A DNA stretch of 64,000 nucleotides. Origin: Eutreptiella sp. 'Long Island Sound 2002'. Its lineage: Eukaryota > Protista > Euglenida. A program made the position numbers and the translations under genes. Location: contig OZ038379.1 of NCBI GenBank assembly GCA_964036045.1, forward strand, positions 55,056,001-55,120,000, read 5' to 3'. Numbering within the stretch: the stretch's first letter is position 1; the number at the start of each line of letters is the position of its first letter. Positions 35,401 to 48,619 of the stretch are shown piece after piece. The notes under the pieces are model-generated. The model saw only the letters and a program-made list of their open reading frames with translations, searched no databases and had not been told where the DNA came from.

Positions 35401-37945
35401 AAGGCCATGGGAATTTTTTTATCCGGAAAAACGGGGGAATTCCCATGCAAAAAGTCGAAAAATGTTGTTTTTGGGTGCACAAGTACCATGAGGGGTGCCA
35501 TGAGGGTGGGCAATGTGGAGGGAAAAAAGTGGGGAAATGGGGGTGAATGGAGGAAAGATTGGGTACAATGGCATGGTAAATTGTCCTTGTGGCTCGTTTA
35601 GGAGTTCCTTGTGCTATTCTCCTTGTATAGATGTCCCTTTGCTTCTTTTCTTTGCTTTTTGCCTCTTCCACTTGACCATGCATGATGTACACATTTTTGA
35701 AGGTGTTCATTACATCATGCATAACTTTATTAGGGACAAAGATGGAATTGAGTGTCCGCCCGTTTATTGAGGTGCAACAGATATTGGAGAAAGATTTTAC
35801 CACGTTGAGCCTGAAATTTTGAAAATTAGCTTTTTTGGTGTACCGTGCAAAGTTCATTTTGACTTGGTGTATCTGGTGCAAGTGGCCGTGGCTCCCACAT
35901 GGCAGACTTCTTATGGTCAACCACAACAACAATTGCACAGGGTGTACAACCAGTTACAGAAATTGCATGTTGAGCTTGAAGATGGGGAAACTAAAAGCGG
36001 GGAGGGTGGAAGGTGGCAATGAGACTCGTGCAACCGGTTCCCAATGTCCGGGCATGGCGTAGGTGGGTACCCAAGGAGCCTACTATTTCCCCCCATTTCC
36101 CCCCATTCCCCCCATTTATCCTATTTCCTCTTTTTTTTTTTTTTTGAGAATTTTACCGGGAACTCCAGGTGCCACCTGGGCCGGGATATTCTGGACCTTC
36201 TTGAAGTGTCCATCCACCGTGTGCACACTGCTAGTGTCCTGTATTCCTGTACCCAAGCCTTTTTGGACCCGGACTCTGATCTTGAAATAAGGAGTGAGGA
36301 ATGTTCGGCTCGTAGCCATCTTGCACAATCTTGTTGGTTGCACCTCGAACTGTCCGCATCTCTGCAGAAAGCTTGAGCGCAGGCAGCCTAAATCTTTTGC
36401 ATGTACTTGATTGCTTTGTCATTGAGGACTGGAACTGCAGGTCTGAATTGACGGAGGAACAGGCTGGGAAACACTTCCTTGATGTCATCCAAGATGGTTT
36501 GGGATGTGCCCCATGCTGGAAATGATTTTTCGAGCTAGTGTCTCATACCCCACCGTTTTGTCATATGAATTCAACAAATTGATGCTATCAATTTTAATGC
36601 ATTTAAGGGTGAGGTAAGGCTTTTTGTGTTACATAGCTTGAGAGAACAATCCCCCCATTGTGTAAAGCTTGGGTCTCCATTTCTTGGTGCGCTGCAAAAC
36701 CCCTTCTGCCATGACAGGCAAGTGACATCACGAGGTGTATTGCACAGTGGCAATATAATGTTGGGAAGGATCCCAAACACCAAATTCATGCATTTTTCCT
36801 TGTCCATGATGCCACGTTCCTTTGATCTATAGGTTTTCTGCTTTTTCATGGCGGTTTTTGGATTATTGAGTTCTATTCTTCAGGTTTGTTGTGTTTTGTT
36901 ATTATGTAGTGATTCTAGCTGCAGCTCTACAATTGGTGCACCACGAAGAGGAGGAGACCCCCCGCACCCCCCGCCCCCCGCTGCCACACAACCAAGCCAC
37001 GGCGGAATGGCATTGTTTGCACAGACCCCCCTCCAAAGACCAAAATGGTGAATGGTTCGTCATGGGGGTCTTGGGGAACAGGCACTGAGGGGTGGTGGAG
37101 TGGAGTTCGGGAGGTTTGATCATCGATCCACACCAATCCTCAGGGGGAGGAGGTTGGAGGGGTTTGATCCTCAATCCGCGGAACAGAAGGGGTATTTTTT
37201 TAAAATGCATGGACCGTTGACTACTCCTTGTTCTGGAAGGGCCCTATTGTTGTAAGGCAGCTTGGAAATTTTTTTCAAAAATTTGTTGTGGTTTTTTTTG
37301 CTTTATTCTTGCGTGCCACATCATTGCACCGGTTGTGTGTGCTCTTTTCATCTTTCTTTGAGTGTTTGAGATTGCCTATGGAATCGCAGGATGTTTTTGA
37401 TTTGTTGATTCTTTTGTGTACACGTCCGTTGATATGCATGAGAGTATGTGCATTGTGATGTGTATGATGCTGCAACAATTGGAGTGTACATGTCTGACCT
37501 TTTCCTTCCCTGAGCATGTGTGTGCATGCATACTTGGAACAAGGTGTATCATGCTCGAATGTGGAGGTATGAGTGAATGGAAAGCAAAAGGTGGGGAACA
37601 CAAGCTAAGTGTGTGAGCATGTGACCATGGTTCATGGGCCTGATTTGGACATCAAGATCTAGTTACGTTCTGCCCCTTGCCTTCTGCAGCCTCCAATGCA
37701 TTTATGAGCAGTCTTCTTGCTTTCATCATTCCCTCTGTCTTGTAATTTTTCTTTTTCTTTTATGATTGGTCTCCTTTGGTGTTGTACATCCAACCACACC
37801 ACCAGGTGCGCTTTGCAATTTTGTTTGAGAACACATTGCATTGCATTGCATTGCATTATTTCACTTTGCTGTTTTTTTTTCAAGAACACATTGTGACACG
37901 ATTTCCTCGTTCACAATTCATGCCCATTGCTGTGTCACATTGAAG

Positions 37946-38111
37946 GCGTGCACCCAAAGGTGAACGACAAGAAAGAAGTACCCCCATTGTCCTGCCCCAC
38001 CCCTTGTCCTTTGCTCACTTTCACTGAAACGGAACTTGACAGCACAACCATGTTTACCCCTGGGACGAATGTAATGTTCATCTGCTTCACAGGGAACCTG
38101 TTTTGGCACAG
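37946..38111 (+). CDS. AAAS: Probable N-terminal exon of Aladin
   Basis: AG|...|GT exon. PLLTFTETELDSTTMFTPGTNVMFICFTGNLFWH resembles human [34 protein letters not shown]. A linking exon to 40645 (phase 2 to 0) was not found. Confidence 0.45.
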
Positions 38112-38905
38112 GTCGTTGGACATTCAAGTTTAGATTCTACCATAGATTCTACCGATGATGACTCTTCCGGTGGTGGGTTCCCAAAAATCTGCTTGCACCT
38201 GCCAAGCCTCCTACCAAAAGGGCAGTGCAATTTTTGTGCCTAAAAAAGTGAATGTACGGTGGTAGTACGGTTCCCCAGGGGGTAGCGGGGGACTGTCTTT
38301 CCTGGGGTGGGGCAGGACAGTGGGGGGGGGGAGGGCAATGTAATTACATCCCATTTGAAGCACAGAAGCTGTTCAATCAAATTGGGAGGGCTGGTCATTG
38401 CATCCTCATAAAGACTGGTGTCTCATCTTCTGCTTATTTCTAGCCCGTGCCTATCTGCGTGATGAGTACATTACACATGACCAAGAAAGAATTGTGGATA
38501 GTTTCGTCCCCTCATCCCATTCCAACACCACATGTAAAACAACATTGGAGCTTGAGGCTGCAAGTTGCTGACAGTGAGGCTACACTTGAGCCCAAAATCC
38601 AATGCCATGCAACTGGACGAACAATTTTAAGTTGGGCAAACCATATCATTGTGGAGTGCGCTGCGAATAAATTTCCGTGTAACATTGCACGTAACAGACT
38701 CAAACAGCACCTACAAGGAGCTGTGTCAGCTGTCCACCACGGGGGGAAGGGGCTATGACAGGCTGGTCAACCATGGCCACAGACAATGCAGCCAACACCA
38801 AGCCTTAGTAGCAAAGGTGTGTCAAAATGGTCAGAAAGGGCTTGGCAGGATCAGTTGGGGAATACCATTGGAGCATAAGATGTCCAATCCCCTGACACCC
38901 CCTTG

Positions 38906-39773
38906 CAGGGATGGATATAATTTTGGCACCACTTGGGGGGTCCGGGTCCGGGGGGGGGGGGGGGGGGGGCTCATTTTTTGTGACTGGTCACAAAAATTAT
39001 AAAGGGCCATAGTGGGAAAGTGCAAACCCGAAAAATATCGTGACCAAATAAGGTGTCTACGGTGGAATGTCGTGTGTGCCTGTGTGTGCCTGCCGGTGCG
39101 GCAAATTTACTCCAACTACTGGTTTATTGTGACTGCTGGTAGTTGTACACTCTTTCTGTATGTCACAATGGGCCGCAAGAAAATTCCTTGCGCGTGATCC
39201 AACCTCCAAGAGTGATGCTGCATGCAGGCAGAAGCGTACCAAAGCAAAGTCGTGGTGCCACACCGCGCAGGAGGAGGCACACTTCACAGAATGTGCGCAA
39301 GCCACGCAAGGATACGGGTGGGTGGACGAAGTACAGCAACACACTGCCCGCACCAGGTGAATGTAATGATAATCTGGCGGACATGTGAGATGGGGCAAGC
39401 TCCTTGTCCTCCTTTGCATTTATTACTACAGATTCATCAAGTGGCAGTGTCAGTGATAATGAGACGTCAAGTAGTGGTAGCTGCAGCGAGCAAGACAATT
39501 TTGTGACTGGGAGTGATGACAGTGAATGACATTGAATGACCCTGAATGACATTCGTAATGGTCCATACACAATGCACTGTGCGTGTCAAATGTGCTGTTT
39601 ATCCCATGTTGCATCATCCCCCCCCCCCCCATGCACATGTACGGGCAGAGGGCTGCCCAAAATGGCCAGTTGTGGGTCACGTTTTTTGTGACCAAATATC
39701 ATGACCTTTTTTGTGGTCAAGGGGGGGCTGGGGGGGGTCTGGCCCGGACCCCCCCCCGTTATATCCATCCCTG
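38906..39773. mobile_element. 868-bp non-autonomous hAT-like element, 15-bp TIR CAGGGATGGATATAA, 8-bp TSD CCCCCTTG
   Basis: Perfect TIRs at 38906-38920 and 39759-39773. Identical CCCCCTTG at 38898-38905 and 39774-39781. Subterminal ttttgtgacc repeats. Confidence 0.9.
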
Positions 39774-40644
39774 CCCCCTTGAACAGTGTGTAACTGTTCC
39801 AAGGCATGGAGGTTTTTTGCACTAAAACTATATGTTGTGGTCCAAGTGGGCTTTTGGAGTTGGAACAAACAGTCCAAGTGATCAAAGCCTGAACCAAACA
39901 AACATAAAATCTTCGTACAAACAGGGTGTTCATTTGGCCCTGCCAATACCGCTCTTCATTTGCCATCTGTTTCACATATTTTCAGGGTATGCCACCTTGC
40001 CAGCCAACCAGCCAGCCGAGCAGGGTGGGGTGGTGGCACTGCAAAGGCTGCCAGTGGCAGCTAGCCGTAGCTTGGCGCAGCTCCAAAGGATCATATGAGT
40101 TGCGACAAAGCGAATCAAACAAGCGAATCTAGTGATGTTGCATGCGACCATATCAAAAATAGAACAGCACATTTGGCAACATTTGGCATATTGCGCTCTA
40201 TTTTTCATTCAACGTGCCAGTGCTATCATGGTGTCGTAGACCATCACTAAGTAAAAACCACTCATTAACAAACCTCAGACAAATTTCTGTCCAGAATTTT
40301 TTGGTAAAGTTACTATATATGCCAATCTCAGATGGCAGATAGCACCCAATTGTTCCATTTTAAGTAGGTTTTGCTGGGCTGAGAGGAGGAGACCCTGTTC
40401 CGCCAGTCCACCCCGGTAACTTGACGTCTTGGCGGCGAGCAGAGGACCCCATCCTCCCAACTCTGCCCCGGCCCCCCGCCCCTTGATTCAAACTACATCG
40501 AGAATGACTTCCTTCTTTTGACAAGATCATTGGCTCATGCTGAGTTGCTACGTTCTTTCTTGTCTTGGAGTTATGTCTTTGGTAGTACAACAATAAAGTT
40601 GGCACTGATGTTGGTTTGAATTGATGTTGCTTTTTATTTTGCAG

Positions 40645-40850
40645 GGTTGGAGTTGGGCGTTGTGGCGTGTCTCCCGGTTGGCATCATGGGGTCCATTTCA
40701 CTTCCTACATTTAATGGTGAAGCCGTACAACCCTGTGAGGCTTGGTTCCTCATCACAAGGCCCGGCTGTTTGGCATCCCAGTCGGTTTCTCATTGCCTCG
40801 GTCCTTTCTGACGGCCAAATTGCATTGTACAATCATGAAATCGAGAAATG
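40645..40850 (+). CDS. AAAS: Aladin exon (start of WD40 region)
   Basis: ttttgcag| acceptor. GWSWALWRVSRL...AVWHPSRFLIASVLSDGQIALYN resembles human GWALALCRWASS...[23 protein letters not shown]. The TG|gtac donor joins the G at 47679 to form Trp. Confidence 0.85.
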
Positions 40851-41713
40851 GTACATACCCTTTGCTCCCCATGCGAATCTTCATACTTACAAGCTACCCG
40901 TGACACACAGCCGTGGGGCAAGATGTCAAAATTCTTGTTGCAAAGGAGGGCAATTTTGATCGTCGGGGGGCGTTTTGTTTTCGGTGCAACGTACCTCCTC
41001 TTTCCTACATTTATACCCCAATGGAAAGTAGCAAGCGCTATAGGTTCCATTGCCGAGTCCCAGCAGAATTTCTTTAATGTTTCCCTTGCCGTGCCGGCAA
41101 TCAGATGAGGGTTCCTCTGTTGAATCTGGTTTTCAGACACTGATGCAGCACGAAGCATGTGCTTCTTCCCCCTTTTCACAGTTGTATGGTAAATTGACCA
41201 CCCCATTAGCACGCTCACAGGAACCATGAACTCCCCAGATGTGCGTAGTCAGGGATGTATGCGCGTACATCGTGACATGGCCATGGTGACCATACATCGT
41301 CCAGAGCTTCTCCTCCTGGTGGCAACCTGTGGACGCTTGTCTCCCCATGATTAGTTGATAATGATCGCATGCTTCCCGAAAACCCCACGCATGGTTGCAA
41401 ACCGCGGTCAGAAGTTCGAAGGGCAATGTAAATTTGGCCACAACGATGCCATGATTGGCCTCAAGGAGAGATCATAAGGCCAAGGAGGGCGGCCGGGCCC
41501 AGTCCTTGGATGCGACCTTCCCCCCATCCCCCCTGCTAGGTTTTGAGAAATAGTGGTCTAGGTGTGATGGCGCCAACGGCGCCAGAAAGTTTTTTGTGGG
41601 GTAGTTTTTTGTTTTGCCCCCCAATGTGTATACTTAACATGCTCAACGTTTTCGAAGAATTCAAATATCAGGAAAAAAATGTCAAACTTTATTTGGCCCA
41701 TTTCCCCACCCCG

Positions 41714-42200
41714 AGACAGCAGGGGTTATGTAGCGCTACATAACCCCTGCCGTCTGGAGGGTCACAAAGGGGACAAAATCAGAAGTGGCTACATCAACCC
41801 TCCCTTCTCGGGGTGCCCAAAAGAGGGCGGAACGGCTACATAACCCCTGCCGTCTGGGGGGTCCCCAACAAGGGGACAAAATCAGAGTGGCTACATCACC
41901 CTTGGGTTCTCGGGGTGCCCATAAGAGCTTTTTGATTTCTCCTCACTCTGGGAACCTCAAGATGGCAGGGGGCATGTAGCCCTTTTGATACCCCCCTCCC
42001 CCACTCTAGGGACCCCAAGATGGCAGGGGTCAGGTGGTCACTTTGATTCCTCCCCTCCTTGGAGACCCGGAGATAGCAACGGTTGTGTAGCCTTGTTTTA
42101 TTCGCCCCCTCTCTAGGGACCCCAAGATTGCAGGGATTATGTAGCCCCTTTGACCCCCCCCCCCCAGCTGCTTCCCCCCCTTGCCTGGTGGTCGGGCGGG
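41714..42200. repeat. ggctacataacccctgccgtct / ggggacaaaatcagaagt repeat array beginning with a 32-bp perfect palindrome
   Basis: 41719-41750 gcaggggttatgtagc|gctacataacccctgc. Same repeat family at 44130-45530 and 62930-64000. Confidence 0.85.
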
Positions 42201-44129
42201 GAAGGACACCTAGACCTGAGACCCTATCCCAACTCAACGCAACCCTTGGTCATCTTCATTGCACTTGACTATCCAAGCCAACCATCTTGGTTGTGTTAGA
42301 AAACGAAATGCCTATGATACTGCACAACACCCTCATGTGCTGCACATTGCAGGAAGGTAAAATCGGGTTGGTACACAAGTCAAACAAAAAAGAAGGCTGC
42401 CCCATCTAGTGCAGTGAGCTCACTTTCTTCCTCCCCACCTGTGAGCATTGCTTCATTAGACACTATGTCACTCCTCCCCAACCTACGTCAAACACTCAAC
42501 CTACCCCGCTTCCAACCAATTCGGAGGCAACAACCTCTTGCGCACAGTGTACTCATCCTCGTGGAAATGTGGGTTGCCGCGACAAGAAGAGGTAAGAGGA
42601 GGCCGAAAAGGAGCTTTCAGCGAGGCTAGCATGAGGCCATCCTCTTCCTCTTCCTCTTCCTCAAAGGGACTTTTTCAATGGGGGTGCTTCCCCTGCATGG
42701 CGCGCCTTGCGACACACCCTGCAACGCACCGGACGAGCAATCTACGAGTATTAGGTGCATATATTTTTTGGTGACCTACCATTGAATTTGTTCTCCATGT
42801 TGACTACTACGAGACTAGTAGTGGTCAATGTTGAATTTGCACACACATATTGCATTTACAAAAGTAGTTGCAAATGAACTCCTCATTGTAGGGCCCACTG
42901 GGTTTGCAAGACTTGCTTGTGGTTGTGGACGAAGGTGGTGAGACGCTTCACACTTTGCAAATGTAGACCTAGAGTTGGACGATTGGTAAACACTAGCCAC
43001 AAAAGTGTCATCCACCTCAAGTCAACAATAATTGGACCTCTCGGGACGACTTGAAGGAAAGGCCCAAGAAAAATGGTAGCGGGCACACTTGGAAATCCCA
43101 AGCAGTTGAAGTTTGATGCCTATAGTGCCAAACACAATGTGGTTGAGAAAACTACAGTTTAGGCCATGGTCGAAAGCATTGGTCAAATTGAAGCAAAAGT
43201 TGAAACAAATGTCCAGTGGTTACATTTTGAAAGTGCATTTCGGAAAGGCACATGTTTCTCTTCCCCTTGGGCACACATGTAGCGCGCAAGAAGCATGCCC
43301 AAAGACCTATGAGTTTTTAAGATAGATAGATAGATAGATTTATCCTCATAAGGAATTCTAAGCATGAATTCTCAATCTAGCCAAAAGGAATTTAATTTTC
43401 ATCCCCTACGTCTAACCTTTAGGGTTCTTTCATGCAACCTAATCTTGAGGAGGATTTCATGCAACAACTTACCCTAACTTTGAAGAATAGTTGATGCAAC
43501 AATCAACCCTAACATTCAAGAATGTTTCATTTGCGATCGAAATCTGATCTTCACCAGCCAAGCCCCAAAGTAGCACAAGAAAAATGCTCCACACTACCCT
43601 TGTTATGTTGCCCTCCTACATTTCCTATGGGAGGGGACTTTTTAGCCATGAAACATGCCTAGTTGGGACACATGCTACTATTTTATGGTAGCATGCCCGA
43701 AATTGACTAGAGGTTGATGTGCTCTTAATCAGAAATTAGAGCCGCCGTTGCTTTTTGATGGATAGTTTGTGGGTGGTGGCATCCGGACTGCTCCCTATCA
43801 CCCGTGGTCCAAGAGGTACTATCTTGTGTCAAGTGTAAGTCGCTCAATTTTTTTCATGAGGGTTGTGTGCATTTTTTTTTGGTGTAAGGCACACGTGGAA
43901 AAAAAAACAAGAAAAATGCTACGGGTACGAGACCCATGCCAAAAAAAAAAGAATGAGCTATTTATGCTTTCTTTAGTTACGCGACCTACATCCCCTCCAA
44001 AAAAAGGTGCACGCAACCTGCCGCCAAAAAAAAGTGCATGCCATTTACTTTTTTTTTCGCACAACCTACAAAGTGCACGCAATTTACACCAAAACAACAA
44101 AAGTGAATGACGGCAACCTTTCTCTATTT

Positions 44130-44536
44130 TGAGAGGGCTATGCCGCCATTTTGAATCCTCCCTTCTTTGGGCATGCCGAGACGGCACAAGTATCGTAGCC
44201 ACTTGGATCACCCATCCCCCCTTTTTGGGGGGTTTCCGAGACGGAAGGGGTGATGTAGCCACTTCTGATTTTGTCCCCACATTGGGCACCCTGGAGAAGG
44301 CGAGGGATATGTAGCCTTCTTGCCCACATGTGGCCTCCAAACGGCAGGGGTCATGTAGCCACTTTGATTCAGTCTCCGTGCTAGGGGCTACCAAGATGAT
44401 AGGGGTTTAGCCACTCCGCCAACAAGAGCAACAACCACCACCACAACAACAAGCAACAACAATAACAACCACAATAACGGCAACAACACCAACAACGACA
44501 ACAATAGCAACAAAAACAACAACAAGCTCAAAGACG

Positions 44537-44587
<51 letters not shown>

Positions 44588-45530
44588 GCAACAATAGCAA
44601 CAATAACAACAACAACAACCACAACACACCAACAACAACAACCATGACAACAACGACACATGCGGGCCCTCAAGACGGCGTAGTCTAAGTGGCCACTTCT
44701 CATTTTATCCCCGCGGGAAGCGCTAGGGACCCCTGAGATGGCAAGGGTTATGCAGCTATTTCTGATTTCCTCCGTGCGCTAAGGTTTGGGGACCCTAACA
44801 CGGCAGGGGTTATATAGCCGATGTGCCTAACTTTGGACCCCCAAGAGGGCAAGGCCTAAGTAGCCAGTTTGAATGTTCTGCCTGTGCCGAGCGCTCCGAA
44901 CCCCTAAGGCGGCAAGGGTTATGTAGCCACTTCGCCCACATATGGACCTGGAGGTGGCAGGGTTCAAGTAGCCAATTCTGATTTCCTCCCTTCGTCTAAA
45001 GCAGCAAGGGTTATATAGCCATGTCACCCACATTTAGGCCCTTCAGGCAACATGAGTTATGTAGCCACTTTGGGCCCCTGAGATGGCAGGGCTTAAGTAG
45101 TCAGTTGGAATGGTTTCCGTGCGTTGAGTGCTTTGGATCCCCCGACGGAAAGAGTTATGTAGCCCCTCCGAGACGGCACGGGTTAAGTAGCCACTTGTGA
45201 TTCCCTCCCTACGCCGGGCTTTGGGTACCACTAAAACAGCAAGGGTTATCTTGCCATTTCACCTACATATGGCCCCCTGGCGGCACGGATTATGTAGCCA
45301 CCCCACCCAATTTTGGGCCCTCAAGACGGCATGGCTTAAGTAGCCGGTTTGAATGTTCTCCGTGCGCTGAGCGTCTGGGACCCTGAGACGGCAAGGGTTA
45401 TGTTGCCCCTTCGCCCACATATGCCCCCCTTAGACAGGCTAGGTTAAGTAGCCACTTTTACTTTTGTCCCTGTGTTGAGCGGTGGGGACCCTCAAGGCGG
45501 CAGGGGTTAATAGCAATTTTGTCCTCCTTT
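44130..45530. repeat. Degenerate ~60-bp-subunit repeat array (ggcaggggttatgtagccacttctgattttgtcccc) with an embedded (AAC)n tract
   Basis: Multiple gtagccac / ggcaagggttatgtag units. (AAC)n-rich microsatellite at ~44420-44657. Confidence 0.85.
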
Positions 45531-47678
45531 AAGGGGGCCATTTTGATTTTCTACGGTTTCTATGCAACCTATGCCTGAAAAATAAAAGTGCATGCGAACC
45601 ACATCTCAGAAACAAAGTGCACGCGGTCAACAAAAAGTGCATGTGGTTTACGGCAAAAACCGAAAAAGAACGGGGCCAACCTTTCTTTCGGCTCAATAGG
45701 ATGGTGCCTCATCTCATGCCTTTGAGGGTGTTGTGACAGTGCCCTCCAACGCTAATTCTGCCCCGCATAGGAAGACGTGGCACTTGTTAAACCTTTTCCG
45801 CCCCACTTGGATATGTGGGCCGTGTGAGAGGAAGTGTGCTTGTGGTGCATGCACTGCGAAGGGAGTCGCTTTTGCTCATCACAGTTGAGTGTCTGGCTCG
45901 TGGCCGAGTATCTATGGATGACGACACATTGGAAAACGGAGGTTCACACGGATTCCCTCTCAGAAGTCATCTTGCCCCCTGGTTCCGTTGAAGACAAGGA
46001 GGACACATACGAGGCTATCGCACTAGCCGGTAGGGTTAGTGTGGTGGTGGATGAGGAGCCCTCCTTGTTTGATGAGGAGGATCCTCTGTCCCCGCCCAAA
46101 GTAGCCCAGGCGTCGGATGCCGGCACTCCCGAGGAAGATACCGCTTGACTTGTCCCCATAGCATGGAGGCGCACCCGCGTGTGGATGAAACAACACTTGT
46201 TTTTGGAGGGAGATTGATTGAGTGACAAGGATATCCTGGGATGGCTTACCGACAAGTTGTATCACAATCACTGAGCCACAGGCCATGGACCATAGCGGTG
46301 ACATATGTTTTGTTCCGTCTACAAGAATGAAGGACTATGAAACCACCCAGGCAACCCATGGTGGTTTGGCATGGAGGTAGCGAGGCACAAAGCAGACACA
46401 AAGCACCAAGCAGACACAAAGGAGACACAAAGCGGAAACACACGCCTCTGACAAAGTAGACACACATTCTGCACATGCTCGTGCTTTGGGTTTTCAAAAT
46501 GATGGTTGGTCATGTGGCTATTAATCCTTGCATTTTTGCGATGAGGTGATTGCCCATTGGAAGAAGTAGGTAGATGCTTGTCGCGATTTGGGTTTGTGCC
46601 TGGGGAATGATGCTCTCCATTTGCCCTAATCGGCCTCTGGGTGGCTGTGGGTTTTACCAGGGAACGCATTGTTCCATTTACTTTTTGACCCACACTCATC
46701 CATTGTTGTATGCATTGTACCTATGCCAGATTCAGTCCTGTGCCCGCCTAGGGCAAACGGACTACACATTCTTGTGTGGTCCGTATGCCCTCTGTGGGCA
46801 TGGAAATTGATTGTGGCTTGCCGAATTATACGACGATGATCATTGACTAAATCACCGCAGCTTGTAGGACATTGATGTAGTTTTGACGCCTTTGCTAAAA
46901 GGATTCATTTGTGAAGCAATGCACAATATCAATCGGAGCGCTCTGTCCAACTCCGAGGCGCTAACCGAAAAAATGGATGGGGGCAGGACCTGACTTGCTA
47001 GAAAGCCGGAAAATCTCCTCTTGCACCAGCCTCCAACTCTGAGTCCCCGCCCCCATCTATTTCAACCCCCCTTCTTGAAGAAGAGGATCCTCTTTCACAG
47101 CCCAAGCACAATATTGCTGCCACCCCCTCATTGGAGCCGAAAGCTAGACAATCTCCTTCCTCGCCACGCTCCAACTCCGAGGACCCACCCCTCGATGGGT
47201 GGTTGGTGAAGGACAATGTTGACGCCCACCCGCTAGCAATGCTCGGAAGGGCGGGTGCTAGGATTTGTTGTGGTGTGTTTGCTTCTTTAATGCCCATGTG
47301 TGCCATTCTTTATTCGGTGCCACGTTCCAGTGGTGTTATTGGTGTCTTAGGCTGATTTTTCTTGGATTTGGTGGGTTTCGAAACCTCATCCTAGGCACTC
47401 ATGGCAGACGCTTATGTGCCACCATTCATTCTCACACACTTTTACACAAAATGTGTGGTGCACATTACAAGACATGGCCCACCATTTGGGGCTATCACGA
47501 TGAGGTGCAAGGATGCGTGTTATCAGGCTCCCATGCCATTGGACCCAGCATCGTGCTCTGCGACATCACTGACAAGTCCCTAAACCCTCTCCGCCTTCCC
47601 TTTCTGAGCAGTATCTTGCGGGCTGCCAATGTTGCATCCCGTTCCTATGAATTGGCACTGCTGGATCCATGTTTGTAG

Positions 47679-47811
47679 GGAGGACTCCGTGCTGTTCCAT
47701 CAGTTTCACCAGGAGGTGTCCGCAATCAAGTGGAAACCATTGTCAAATTCCGTTCTCGCAGTTGCATGCTGTGGTGGCGTGTGCCTTTGGGACACAGAGA
47801 GGAGTCTGCAG
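47679..47811 (+). CDS. AAAS: Aladin exon (WD40)
   Basis: LFHQFHQEVSAIKWKPLSNSVLAVACCGGVCLW resembles human [33 protein letters not shown]. Boundaries gtttgtag| and CAG|gtgctg. Confidence 0.92.
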
Positions 47812-48310
47812 GTGCTGATGTGTTTGGCTGATGATCTCCAGAGCACATCTGTCTTCTTGGCAACCCCACGCCATCGACTCCTTTCTGTTCCATCTCTGAT
47901 TTTACAGCTGACAAGGAGGGAAGGGGCGTAAGGATGTGAGCACTGCCGCCGAGGAGGGGTTGCAGTGGATAGGAAATGGGAAGATAAGAGTGACGGACTG
48001 ACGAGACAAGGAAAGGGACACAGGAGTCCACATAGTCGTTTCAGCTCAGCGATGTAGGCACATCAAACCGCGTTTGTTGCACCCCAACACCAACAGTATA
48101 ATCACTGGCAAATGCGGACAGCCAAGGCAATCTTCAAGAGCACAAAATTTTTCCGCATCTTGATCCATTTTCTTCGTCCATTTCCATGCTTTCACCTCTC
48201 ATGCCCCGAAATGGGCCGTTCAGGAGTAGTCCACATTTGACATTGATCGGCCAATCTGCACTTGATTGTATGTGTTATTTTCAGTGGGCTTATCATCATA
48301 TTTTTTGCAG

Positions 48311-48427
48311 GATTTGATGGGCCCGTCTGCAGTGGTGCCAGGTGATAAGGACGAACCTGGGGTACACGATTTGTCTTTCTTCACCAACGAAAAAGGCTGC
48401 ATGATCTTTGTGCCACACCCAGATCAC
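48311..48427 (+). CDS. AAAS: Aladin exon
   Basis: ttttgcag| ... CAC|gtatgt, phase 0/0. KGCMIFVPHPDH joined to VTIHTMDFSPTG aligns with human [24 protein letters not shown]. Confidence 0.78.
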
Positions 48428-48619
48428 GTATGTGCACAGTCACCGCTGCCTTAGTCCAACCCCCAGGGGTGACAGGTCGGGGTGATTATTCTTGAGCGAG
48501 GCCCAGGACGCACGTGTGGCTGACAGCCCCTCGTTCCTGCCTTTTCCTGTCATGGCTTCTGGCGGGGGACCCCTCTAACAACCCCGTTTCCTTCGCTTCC
48601 CCCTCCCAAGGACTCAAAC

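Noticed and set aside
44388-44703. Poly-Leu / poly-Val membrane-like ORFs
   Set aside because: These are translations of the (AAC)n microsatellite.
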